Positions 21,501 to 34,079 of a stretch of DNA of 64,000 bases are shown in pieces. The notes under the pieces were generated by a model, which saw nothing but the letters and a program-made list of their open reading frames with translations, did no database searches and was not told the origin of the DNA. Within the stretch, counting starts at the first letter, position 1. Each line of letters starts with the position of its first letter. The stretch spans positions 8,774,483 to 8,838,482 of the forward strand of contig SMSO01000032.1 in NCBI GenBank assembly GCA_004764695.1. Reading direction: 5' to 3'. Made by a program: the position numbers and the translations under genes. This DNA comes from Schizochytrium sp. TIO01. Its lineage: Eukaryota; Protista; Bigyra: Labyrinthulomycetes.

Positions 21501-24500
21501 TTTTTTTTTTTTTTTTTTCATTTTCATATTACAAAAAACGTTTTTAGGCGGTGCACGTGCCGAGTCTGCAGTTTTAGCATAGTCCATATTAGGCTAACTA
21601 GTCCTTCAGACCGCCCGGGCCAAGCAAGGGCTCTTGGGTAGGTAGCACTTGCACCCAGTTCCGAGTTGATCTTTAGACCTAGGATCACCACTATTGTGTG
21701 AAGAGTGCAAAACTACCGAGGCAGGCGATCATGGTAATGGTGGATTTTGCGACGACAGCAATACAAGTACGAAAAATTGAGGGCTTGTGGCAGATTTGTT
21801 TATCGGCAAGCCCGATCACTTCTGTGAGGCGCTAATAAGAAGATTTATGAAACTTCACTTCACCTCAAGAGCTCTTAATCACAATGCAGCTCACTAGAGG
21901 CCGTTGTGCCTTCGCCACGTGATGAAATCTGTTCAGCTTGAGCACCGCTGTCCTTATGTTGACCTTGAATCAATGGTACAAATGCCACATGATTGATGAT
22001 CTGTGGATGGTAATTTATAATGATGATCAGTATCAACGAGGGCTGAATAAGCGGTGTGTACCTTACCTACGCAGCCTTCTTGAATGTAAAGCCAGGATAG
22101 ACTGTTTGATATCTCTTTCATGCGTAAAGACTAAGTTGCGAGTTTTATGGCGTGCAATCGCGGTGGTGAAGAGGCCATTTCATATGTTGCACAGCAGCGA
22201 AGAGACGTGCCCACATTTGCGTTGTTCGATCTGGTAGTGCTTACTTTTCCAAAGTCATACTTGTCAAAGTCCTTTTTTTTTTTTTTTTTTTTTTTTTTTC
22301 TTGTTTTAAATAAATCAATTTAAAGAAAATAGTAAAAAGAAGTTTTCATTTTTCTCAAATTAAAATGTTATCAGGATGAAAAAATATTCTCCCATAGCGT
22401 TGTCTACCTATGCCTTACGACTCATCATTGTACTAAATACTTTTTCTCCTCTTTGAAAAATGTAAGTTAGTACTCCAAAAATGTTTTTCCTCACCCTTCA
22501 CTTTTCGCCTTGGTGCTTGGGATAGGTAGCAGCTATGATTGATACCAACTCATCGTGGCCAAATGCAACGGAGGACATAGCACTCACTCACACTTCTCTG
22601 GCGTGCCTTGTGTACGCATGATACCCGACTCGTCTGTGTCGACGCGAAGAACGTTCAATTTCAATGACCCTCAAATCGACGCTTCAAATAATATGATTTT
22701 TATCAATTCATCCTACTTCCTGCTCAGAGTTATCAACCAATCTTGAATGATGACACGACACGACTATTTTAAGGAAACAGGCAGTAGGAGGCCCTAAGTG
22801 CACACCTTGATGCGACGAATTGGAGGTGGAAGTGCTTCATGTTTTCTCTGGAGTCAGCGAAGCGATAGATGCTAGCGCCGAAAATGAGGCCATAAAGTTT
22901 GCGGAGGATCTTTGGACGCCTGGGCCGTCAATTTTTTGAAGTTAGCACAGGGTTGGACGATCAGGTGGGGCCAACTTGAACTTTGAGAGATTCAATGAAA
23001 GTCAAGATTGGGCACATGATGGTAATGGTGGAGAATTCAGATCAAGGTAGTGCACTTTCATGGCACGATCATCATTTGGATGAGAGTGAGAAGGTGAAAG
23101 AAATTCTTATAGGTTCTCTCTAGCTAGTATTCTTATTAGACTGGATCGTCGTATTTATGATAATGATATGACGAGATAAGAGCTTTAGAAAATGGTTGTA
23201 TTTGAAGTCTTTCGATGTCGATAATGATGGTGGAGATCTGATAGGGTGTTCTTCTTTTCGACACCTTCAGTAAGGCTATAGGTAGATAAGTATTAGTCGA
23301 ACCTCAAATGAGATGTGTTTGAAATGAAGAGATTGGGGGTTATATATTCCTTTTGTCAAAGAAACTCCCTACTAAAGAGAACTTGTTGATATGAAACTGG
23401 CTCAATGATATACGATTGAATCCCTCGACAAGCTCTCGCTTGAAGACAAATTATGCAAGTAAGATTTTAAAATGGAGACTTAAAGTAATTCAAGAAAGGC
23501 ACTAAAGAACGAGGTAATGCCGAGAAGAGGAACAAAGTGAAAACATGAATATATTGCTCATCTTGGTAGTCTTACTCAGCACAAGCTAGTTTCGATTTGA
23601 TGAAACTTAAGCTTTATTCTGTACAATAGAAATAATTGATAGAAGAAACCAATTATGCGCTATCTCTTTACGAGATATCATGCCCCAAACTTAAACTAAT
23701 TCTGAGTTATTTTAGAATAGTTTTGAGATTGCCAAATATTACAGCATCGAGTTGGTTACAAGCTTTGTTATTGCGTTAATTATCATGCAAGCAACAAAAC
23801 CCCCTGTTTTTGAACTCTGCATTACAACTTTGCATTTTTTCTTTGGTAACCTCGATTTCGTAAAAAGTATTCCATCGAATAAAATAATGTAAAACATGTC
23901 TTTAATATATATATTTACAGTCGGCCATTTGAAATCATCTCTAGAGAGAAAATAAGAGTGAGGTCAATAACGATTTTCTTCTATGTAGACATTTGATTGA
24001 CTACATGAATTCGAAACCTGCTTCAAAGATTGGAGATCTGCTGAATGCTAATCCATTATTACCCAGAGGTCGATTGAGAAAATGAAGGCAAGGCGCTTGG
24101 AATGCATGAAAATACTGAGAAGGGGGTGTATACTGCGGCTTACAGAATTGACGATGTTCAAATCTTGAAGATGAACAGCATAGTGGACTGGTTCATGTCC
24201 TAATTAGAAGACTAAAACAGAGTATATCTGTGTTACACAAAACTCTGGGACTTGGCCAACTTTCTCCCGCAACCACCGACTCAGGTTTTGCTCTTCCTAT
24301 ATTCATTTGATATTATAGTGTACTTTAACGTTTTTAGCGATTTTTCAATTCAAACTCCACCACATTTTAGTGAGTGCGTATCTACACTGTTGCTTTTCGT
24401 CTATCTTGAGTTCACGTCCATGCATCTGGTCGTCTGGTTGTCTGATTGTCTTGTTCTATTCTTATATTAATCATAAATCCTTGAGGATCTACAATGGAAA

Positions 24501-25450
24501 GCATAGAACTCTGGCAATACATTGTTTTATAAGCTTCTTCGATAGGAGATTTCATCAGTATTGTACAGACAAATCGTTGACAAAGTCCCCAGTAATCAAA
24601 TGTAAAGTTGAAGGAACTAGAGTATATTTGGTTATAGATTCTGGTAATTAAAAAATCGTTTCATGATGGATTGTTCCGTATATATTTGATGGACTAAGGG
24701 AAACATAATCTACCGTTGAAAGACTGCGTTGTTTGATGCCCCAGCCAACAATTTGAGTTTTAGTTGTTAGCATTGTATTGAATTTACAATTGTATCTATA
24801 TTTGACACATTGTTAAGCCTCACGAGGTATTCTCCAAACCTTCGAACATCCTGCCAATACATATCTTTACCGCTGACCTCTGGTTGGTAAACATGCAACT
24901 CGAAGTAGGAGCAGGAACAGCAGTAGTAGCAGCAGCAGAGAAAAAGACATTCTATGTATATTGCTATTTATTGTGGAATTAGCCTCAGGGCTAACTAATG
25001 TCCTCGAAAATTGATACAGGGTAAAGTGAGCAAATAAAGAAATCCACTACCTATTTAAAGTAAATAACATACGATTTAGTCCACAAAAATACGATAGTGA
25101 TCTGTTGTTGGTATTTACTTTAATTAAGGATGTTGGGAATACACATGACTTGCCACTGCAACAAAAAGAGCAAATAGAGAGAATACCTGGCCATAAAGAT
25201 CAACAGTGCATAACCCAGAACAGCCATGCTGGTATAAAGAGAGCAGCATTACAGGTCGAGGCACATTTGATAGCGCTTTAAGTACCATCCAAAAGGTTCA
25301 CCCCTTTGGACTAACGCTGCTGTATGTGTCGCAGAAGATTGAACTTGCCTAAGCCACATTTATACACAATCACAAAGCTGCTTGCTAAGCGACGCATGCC
25401 CCAGCACTGACATTTCTAAAGCTTGCACTCTGTGAAGAGGGTAGCATATT

Positions 25451-25927
25451 TTATACGCTGGCTGCATCAAAATCTTGCGGTGGTTTTGACGTAGAGGCCG
25501 GATCATCAGGCTTTACTTGATTTGAGTTATTTCCCCAAACAGTAGTTGCAGCAGAGACATATTTGTGGTTCTGATTTACAGTCATCTTGACATAGAAATA
25601 CATGGCGATGAAACCACAAGCGCCAAAAACAAGCGTAGCAGCGAACCAGCCAAGGGCGAGCTTTGCCGTAAGCACTCGAGATTCAGGAGGGAGGTCTGCT
25701 TCACGCTTTTTCATGAAATGCAAAGCAAAGAAAAAGACTATTAAGAAAACACCATAGTAAGCGGCAATGAAATAATACAAAGTCTTGCGCACTTGAAGCT
25801 CGTAGCTACTTCCACCGTAGTTCTGGCACTCCACGAACCATATATTAGGCAAGCACATGTCATGCCCCGTGCAGTACCCACTGCAGCACGCATCATCTGT
25901 GTTGTGGATACTGAACAAGCACACCAT
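25451..25927 (-). CDS. Small membrane protein with N-terminal 6-Cys module and TM segments (paralog of 15141-15659)
   Basis: ATG at 25927 (caggATG). C-x10-CC-x3-C-x5-C-x8-C (DDACCSGYC); READLPPESRV motif between TM segments. Confidence 0.8.
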   Translation of the reverse strand: MVCLFSIHNTDDACCSGYCTGHDMCLPNIWFVECQNYGGSSYELQVRKTLYYFIAAYYGVFLIVFFFALHFMKKREADLPPESRVLTAKLALGWFAATLVFGACGFIAMYFYVKMTVNQNHKYVSAATTVWGNNSNQVKPDDPASTSKPPQDFDAASV

Positions 25928-28900
25928 CCTGCTTGTGCTGTGACGTTGCGAGGTCAACTTGGTCGCCCAAACTAGCCAACATTGCGAAATTGCTTTCTTG
26001 AACTCATGAGTACTTTTACGCTATAGACGGCGACATCACTAGGTACTCTATTTTACTAAATACTTTATAACCATCCCTTTATTGTGCACGTGAAGTGCGT
26101 TCTATTCACTAAAGTGGCTTGTGCCTCTTCTATTTCTTCCTAGCCCCTACTACTCTTGGGTAGCCACGTGCTACTTGATTTGAGCGCACGCCAAGTCGAT
26201 CTGGTACCCATTTTGGTACAACAAGGATTAGTAAAATATGTTAGCTGGCTTAGCCGAGAGTTCTGAGACTCCATTAATTAGGCTGTCAAACGAGCGACCA
26301 AAAGGTAGCGCGTCGCACGCGAGTTACAACGCTGGTCGTTCAGGCTTACCTTTGGTGAGGTTTTGCTGATGTCTTATGTACAAACTCTCGGCTTGTTTAC
26401 CTAGAGGTAGTTTGTTGCCTTCTTCGTCTATTGCCCAATAAAGGATTTAAGGAACACGCAGCCTGTGTCAATAGCTTGTTCCATGAAATTTTGATCAGCT
26501 AAAGAGGAGCCAGCAATGCACACAAATTGTGATTAAAATGCTGAAGGAGGGACTCCCTCGTTCGCAACCGAAGTCCCTTTGTACAATCCGAACTAAGATT
26601 TCACATAGATTAATTCATGCCTGTCTTGCCTCCGAGGGAGTGAACATAGGTATATCCATTGAGATTGAGTCAAGAACATGATTTCCTTATTCCGCTCGGC
26701 CTATGGCAGAGACGACTTGCAGAGACAACATGAAGTTCACTTCTTGGAATCGCGAGATTTTTAATTGGTCCGGGACCACAGCTCCATAATGTGAGCGCAC
26801 ACACCAAAACCAAGGAGAACAGAACACAAAAACGCAAAGGTGAGGAAAACTTACTGCTACTAGGCTTAGTGAACGAAGCCTCCAAAAACTTGAACGAACT
26901 AGGCTACCTACGGCGGTGTTGAATCCCCAGTGCAGTTAAACATAAGAGTGGTGAAAAAATTGTAAAGTGAAAAGACTAGGGTACACCTTTATTCTTTTGG
27001 CTGTTCTGACCGCTCGGATTTTCTGACATGATCCGAAAGTTTATTGTACACGCGTTTGTAAAGTTCAAGATTGACTAGATTAGATTGTGTTTATTAATTT
27101 TAGGTTCTTGCAAAGTCTAAGTTGATCCTTGGGATTCAGTAATATACTACTCTACTTGAAGTGTGCTTACACGTGCCAGAGTATTACGAACCTCTGCGAT
27201 GTGAATTGACATGTTTTTCCGATGAGTGATTTCTGCGTTTATTCATATTTCATCCATATATTTATGAACCATTTAAGCTCATGCTTTACTTCACTACTTG
27301 GAGCATCACACTATGGCTTATAGGAGAAATGATCTATTAATAGAATATACTAATAAAATACATTTTCGATGGAAGTATCAACACAAAATTTAAACATTAC
27401 TACGAAAAGGCAATATGCCCATTTCCTACAACAATATTATATGCATCAACATGCGCCCAGAATTAAAGCTTAATAAACGCGTAGAGTAATTGATTGAACT
27501 CTCAACAACACATTTTAATAAAAATCGCATCTTTGATTACGATAAGGAAGCTGAGAATGATTTCCTTCCTATTCCATATCATGAATGGTGCATTCGTTAT
27601 GTGTTAAAGCATACAATGACAAGGTGTTCCCCAACAAAGAGGCAATTCGTTGCTACAAACTCATTATCTAAACGCCGACAACCCAGATCCCTTGGAACCC
27701 TAAAAGATATTCGCACTTCAGACTAAGATGTGCAAGTCAGATTGAGTTTTCACGAAAAGATTTGGTTGTATTAGAAGTTGAATGTTGCAAGAGTATGTTG
27801 TTATATGCTGTATTGCAAAGCTATCATTGTCAGAATTGTTATGCTGTGCCATTGCCCCGCGAGAACCGATTAAGATCTAGTTGAATTGCTGAAATATAAA
27901 TCTGGCCAGCTAGTGATTGACTGGGAAGATGAGGCCAACAACCTTAATGTATACTGAAGAGGGCTTGTTACGCTCTGGATCCTATTAGGGTCAGAGATCT
28001 GCCGTCTTTGAAATTGAATTTCAAGGTAGTCTGATTCATATTCTAATTAGGAGATTATTTCACTTTATTTCACTTTATTTCACTGTGTAGAGACATATAG
28101 ATAATTGCAGGAGCCGGGTCAACTCGTAAGTTCAACCATCGATCTAGATCCTAACATACTTGTTATATCAAACGGTGGGTATACAATATTGCCTCATGAA
28201 CAACCACGGACGTGGTAACCCTTTGTGATACTTTATTCTTCTTAGACTGAAAATAGCACAATAAGAACTCTAGCAAAGCAACACCTTGTTTGTCTCTATG
28301 TTTCTTTGTTTAGATATCTCACTTCAAGTAGTAACGTCAGCTCTATATGTATGTAGCTCTGTGATTAGATCTGGTAAGATAAATAGTCCAGGGATCGTGA
28401 AGACAGGACATCACCAGAGTCCTTTGTAACCGTTCAAATTTCTTGATAGGAAGACTACTTAAATAAAAGGACACATATAGACAAATAGTGAGATCCACAC
28501 ATGAATACACAATTGGTAGAATGTGAATTCGGATATTTTGCGATTATGACAGTGATTGATCTCTACTCTTCGACTTAACCGGACCAAAATGTGTCTGGTT
28601 ATCACACTCTTAAAAGTTTCGGCAAACTACCTTTTTCCCTCTAGAGAAGTTTGGCTAATTATTCCTTCATAAGTAACATTTTGCGTCTAATCATCAAGGT
28701 GTAACTAGCTACATGCTGTCTCAGGAAAATCAACACGTCTGTAGGTCGTGGGATTCCAGAAGAAGACCCGTCGAAGAATTATAGAGGAAGCACTTCAGAC
28801 CAAAGACATGCTGGGATAAAGATTGGATGCCAACGTAGACATATTCAAACATAATTCGGGGATATTTTCTCAATCTGTACATCATTGCAAAGACCAATTA

Positions 28901-30047
28901 CTCTTGGTTACTTCAATCATCGGTTGACGTTTTATTATCTATTAGCATTGTGTATTTAACGATAAAGATGTAATTCCTTATGGTGGGTTCTTAGTTTCAG
29001 ATCTGCTAATTCTCTTCTTGAGATATCACTGTTGTCTTACTCTGGCAGTGTCTTCTACACGATGTTTCAAGTTCGTGATCGCCGCATGTGAATGTTACGA
29101 TCTATTCAGCAGCTTCCTATCATGTGCGCTAGATAGTATCATAACATCTTTGTCCTACCACAAAAGAAAGTCATACCCTACTAAGTCAAGATGACTAATA
29201 CTTGTTAGTATTGAATTCTGTTGCAATGTATAGGGCTCATCGTAAATCTGATGGGTAGCCTTCACAGAAATATGGAGCTGAGCTAGTAGCAGGAGGTATT
29301 GGCGAAAGGGCTTGACTGTTGACTCATTCGTAATCACCAAGGTGATTTAGCGGTCATTTTTAATCTGTGGAGGGATTGGTAGTAGCTTTTTATTGTGGGG
29401 TCCGACTAGTCGCCGATGCAGGATGGCGCGTAACGTCACGAAGGACCATTTACATATATACAAGGCGATTCGCTTTTAAAAGGGTCAGTAAAACGAAGAG
29501 ATAGATAGACAAGCAAGCCAACAAAATGTTCTTCTTTGAAACTACAACCATGGTCTCACAAGAGATAAAGGAGACAGCTTGTATAAGAGCAACACGTACT
29601 CTGAAGAAGGAATTATCATCAGGAAAGAGAAAATTTTGAAACAAAAGAGAAACTTGCGCACGGAGCATATTCATGATTAGGGGGGGAAACAGAGTTATTA
29701 AAGTCAGAAAATCACGAAGGAAGACTCTGACGTGCGGGGTTGCAATGATTTCAATGTACAGCGATTTTTTTTTCTTTTTTCGAAAGAATGAAAGCAGGCA
29801 AATCTAAGCCGATAGACGAAGAGCTCGGGCACCCGAACAGGAAGCCGTTGCCTTGGAGTGTCATGCGCACGCAATAGCACATATGAGGTCTATCTCTAAA
29901 GAGAGGTCTCATGCCAAAGCGAGGAAAGGAGCGCATAGACAAGTGGATAATCTATGAATGTTTTGGGTTTTTGGGCATATGCGAATTGAATTTGATGTGG
30001 GCAGTGCAAGCACCACGAGCGTAGAAGCTTTCGTAATTCCAAGGCAC

Positions 30048-31001
30048 TTACTCATCAAGCAAGACGCCGCGGAGAGAGGTGCTAATCATCTCGTAAGAGC
30101 AGAAGATGATACCCTGGCCAGGGAGGGTGCGTGCGAGACGCGGGATCAAACCCTTGTAGAGACTGAGGGGGCCCTCCTCCTTGACCATGGTGTAACCGCA
30201 GTGGAACATGTTCTTGTAGCGGTGGCCGTCAAGACCCTGGGTGCGGGACTTGATGGTGTCAATGGGTGTGTTGCCGAGGGCTCCAAGAGCACCAGCAAGC
30301 ATACCGCCAAAGAGAGCCTGGCCAGCGGTGAGCTTCTGCTCGGTGGGGTTCTCAAGCATGTAGTTCTTGTAGGTATTGAAGATCACAAAGCGAAGAGCCT
30401 GGTTACTTGCGGACTTGGCGATGGTGGCGCCGCAGCCCTTGTACATACCGGAGATGCCCTGGGTCTGAATGATGAACTTGGTGCCCTCAACAAGGCCCTT
30501 GTTTGCGTGGATGAGCTGGGTCTTGACAGTCTCCATAGGAGTAACAACAAGAAGAGACTCGAGGATTCCGGCACCAATACCTGCGCAGAGTCCAGATGCG
30601 ACGGAGAGGCGACCAGTGGTGGGGTCTGCGAGAGTACGGTTAAAGTAGTCGAGGGTGGAGAAGCGGAGGAGACCCTGGAGGGGTGCTCCGATCAACAGCG
30701 GCGCCAAGCCACGGTAGATACCGAAGCCACGCTCCTTCATGTGGCTCATGATGCGGAAGTCTTTGTTGTCCTTGTTAAGTTGAAGGGCAGTTTTGGCGTA
30801 CTCTGCAGGCCAGAGCGTGGAGATCTCGATGGCAGCAGATGCGAAGCCAGAGATGGGAGCAATCATGCGCTCACGGGTTGAGTTGGGGACGCGGCCGACT
30901 GCAGAGACGCCACGGCGAACCTCATTTTGCACGGCACGAGCTGCCACAGCGGAGTTGCTTGCGTTGCGCTTAAGCACGGCATTAAGCTCCGTAGAGACCA
31001 T
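30048..31001 (-). CDS. CTP1: Mitochondrial tricarboxylate (citrate) carrier, SLC25A1/CTP1-like
   Basis: Three mitochondrial-carrier signatures (WPAEYAKTALQL, TPMETVKTQLI, TPIDTIKSRTQG). AIEI..WP.EY.KT.LQL, GMYKG...TIAKSASNQALRF and GNTPIDTIKSR are typical of citrate carriers. Confidence 0.9.
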   Translation of the reverse strand: MVSTELNAVLKRNASNSAVAARAVQNEVRRGVSAVGRVPNSTRERMIAPISGFASAAIEISTLWPAEYAKTALQLNKDNKDFRIMSHMKERGFGIYRGLAPLLIGAPLQGLLRFSTLDYFNRTLADPTTGRLSVASGLCAGIGAGILESLLVVTPMETVKTQLIHANKGLVEGTKFIIQTQGISGMYKGCGATIAKSASNQALRFVIFNTYKNYMLENPTEQKLTAGQALFGGMLAGALGALGNTPIDTIKSRTQGLDGHRYKNMFHCGYTMVKEEGPLSLYKGLIPRLARTLPGQGIIFCSYEMISTSLRGVLLDE

Positions 31002-31259
31002 CTTTCCTGCAGCTGATTCTGCTATTTTCGCAGTTGAATAAGCGGCTGGTGCTCAAAGAGACCTGCCTCACACTGCCAGCGGCCTGCTTGCTGCTTGCTT
31101 GCTTAAGCTAGCTGCTTTGAGGTCCGTGAGGTTGATTAGAAACTTGCGAATTACGGGTTTGCTGAGGCTCCAATCGGCTTTGGCTTTGGCGCTTTGATTC
31201 CCAATTCATTTATTATAAAGTAATGTTACCATAAATTACATACAGAACAGACATACACT

Positions 31260-33392
31260 TACCACTTTTTTTCTTTTCTTTTCTTTTCTTTTCTTTTCAT
31301 TCTTTCTGTTTTCCTCTGCTTCCTCCATAGTAACTAACTCTCAAGAAAGAGAAAGCACGCGAGAAAAGGCAAAAAGAAAAGAAAAGAAGAGGACTCCTTT
31401 TCACTTGTTTCTCTGATACTCTCAACTTTGGTGGGACGCGTGTGCATATATTAACTAGCGCACTTCCCATTCATTCATTCCTTCATTCCTTCATTCACTA
31501 TTTCTTCTGCATTAATCGATTGACTGATTGACTGATTCATTCATCGTTCTTTCACCAGACCAAGTCATCGATTCATTTCTTTGCGAAGGCACGAAGAAGC
31601 AGCAGCGACGTGCGTGATGTAAAGCACCTGAGTCCTTGGACGCTGTGCTTCTTTCCAAGAAGAAGAAGAAGAAGAAGCAGAAGAAGAGGAGCGATTTCCA
31701 CTCTGAAGGTGCTGCTTTCGCCTTTCTGTTCCTGTTTCTGTGTCTTTTCTTTTCTTTCTTTTCTTTTCCTGCTGCTTCCCTTTTGGAAGCAGCGTTTCTC
31801 TGTCCGCTTTTTTATTTTAAACATATATTATTCATTCTTCGACAATTCTTTTCTTTTTTCAGTTTAACAACAGCGCTTCACTCGCTCACTCACTCACTCA
31901 CTCTTTCATTCTCTCTCTCTTTGTCTAAATCTGACAGAGAAACAAAAATCGGTTCTTAGGTACAGCTCGGGTTTCAAGCTTTAGCTGACTGTCGATTGGT
32001 TCATGAGCGATTGGTTCATTCTTTCTTTCGTTTATTATTCACAATACTCTGTGAATCAATCAATGCGAAGAAAGTAATAAATAAAGAAAGTGATAAATAA
32101 AGTAATAAACAAAGAAAGTGGTAAATAAAGTAATAAATAATAAAGAAAGAAGGAAACGTGCGTTTTCTTCGTCGGCAGCGTTCTCCATTGCCGCAATGGC
32201 TGTGAACAGCTTCAATCTTCTCCAGCAGCCCGTAACCAAGCACGACATGTGGGTGGGTCCACGTACGTTCTCACGCATAAGCTCGTAGGCACCACCTCTC
32301 AATCACTCATCTTCTCCGTAAGGTCTCTGCTCTATTATCCACCCCTCGCGAATGAATGAATGAATGAATGAATGAATACGCACGCATCAACTCTTTCATC
32401 CACTGTCATATATGATGCCATAATGGCGATCGCTCAATGATAACCATTTCTCTTTTCTTTTCGCCCCTTTACAATAACAATTCTAAACTCAACAAACCTT
32501 CTCAATCATTCTTTCTTTCTCTAAGTAGTTCGACTGACTGACTACTTTCCCTCACTGCACGCCCTTAACATCTGACCACCCCATGGCCGTTGCATTAAAA
32601 CGGGTCCTCCAGCGTGCCACTATTACCGCCTCGACTCACGAGCGATCACAGGTGTTTCTTTGTTTCTTTGTTTCTTTATTTCTTTGTTTCTTTATTTCTT
32701 TATTTCTTTGATTAGAGAGGTCCAAAAAGGAAAGAAAGGAAAGAAGACATGAGTGGGTCTGCATCGATCGATCGATCGATCGATCGCTCAGAATGGCGCT
32801 TCAGAGCAGAGCTCCTCCTTCGATCGTGAGTGGCTAGCTAGCCAGCCAGCCAGCCTGCCTGCCTGCCTGCCATCCAGCCAGCCAGCGAGCTTGCTGCCTC
32901 ATTCATCGCACAGAATGGACTAGACTTCCGGCGCGAGGCGAAGCCAGCGAGCTCCTGGCTCCCGGCAATGTTGATGTTGTTGTTGTTGTTGTTGTTTTCG
33001 AGGAATAAGCACTCTTTTTCTTTTTGATTGGTTTGTTTGTTTGTTTGTTTGTTTGTTTGTTTGATTGTTTGTTTAATTGATTGATTGATAATGGAACAAA
33101 AGCAGCTCTATCGAAACTGATTGATTGAGCAATTGATTGATGGGTCTGTTTGGTTGGCTGGTCAGTTATTGGCACGGCGAAGAACAGAAAAGATCGACTC
33201 TGATCACGGTCTGTCTGTCTGCACGTACGTATCTATGCATGCTTGCATGCATGCATGAGTGAATGCATATATGTGTATCCACGCACGAGAGGCTTTAGTG
33301 CGAAAGAAAAGCATCAAAGGAAGCGCAGCAGTGTGAAGAAGAAGAAGAAAGAGGCCGTTTATTCGCTCATTCATTGACTCTCTTTCTTCCCT

Positions 33393-33428
<36 letters not shown>

Positions 33429-34048
33429 TGTTTAGGCATAAACAAAGCTCAGCACGCAGCGGGCGTAGCAGGCGGTAGGGACTCCTATGCCGTTCTCGCG
33501 GCAGGAGTGCGAAGGGAAAAAAGCCATACTGGAGATGAAAGGGAAGAAAGGCGGAGACCGGGAATAAGAAGAGAGGCCAAGAAAGAGAAAGAAAGAGAAG
33601 CACCAGGATGGGTAATCTTCTGCCAGCGCAGTGACATGGACAAGATCGCTCAAGTCAAGTCAAGTTAACTCAATTCAAGTCACTCGACAGGTCGATCGAA
33701 GACCACTCCACTCACCATCGCGATGTGTAGCCACGTATGCCACGAAGCAGCAGTCAATGTACCTCTGCGAAAGAGCTGCGAGATTGGGCAGAGTGCCAGT
33801 GGCATACATGATCTCAATTCGTCATATAAACATACATTCATCTCATTCTTTTATTCTTTCATTCATGCACACACACATTTACTAACCTGCCTTTGGTAGG
33901 TAAGACATACATATCTACATGGATAGTGTAGCACTCTGCTGCTTCGAGCAATGTCGCCGTTGATAACTAAGCAGAAAAGAGCGTAGTTCGCGATAGCAGT
34001 GCTGGCGACACTCAAAGTATGGTATTCTTTTGGGACTGACTGACTGAC

Positions 34049-34079
<31 letters not shown>

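Noticed and set aside
21668-23235. Shared ATGGTAATGGTGGA (21731, 23019) and GATCTTTRGAC words
   Set aside because: Not colinear and short enough to occur by chance; no recognisable protein or element.
29958-30881. 307-aa antisense ORF over the citrate carrier, and similar antisense ORFs over other genes
   Set aside because: Shadow ORFs produced by strong codon bias of the sense gene; no recognisable motifs.
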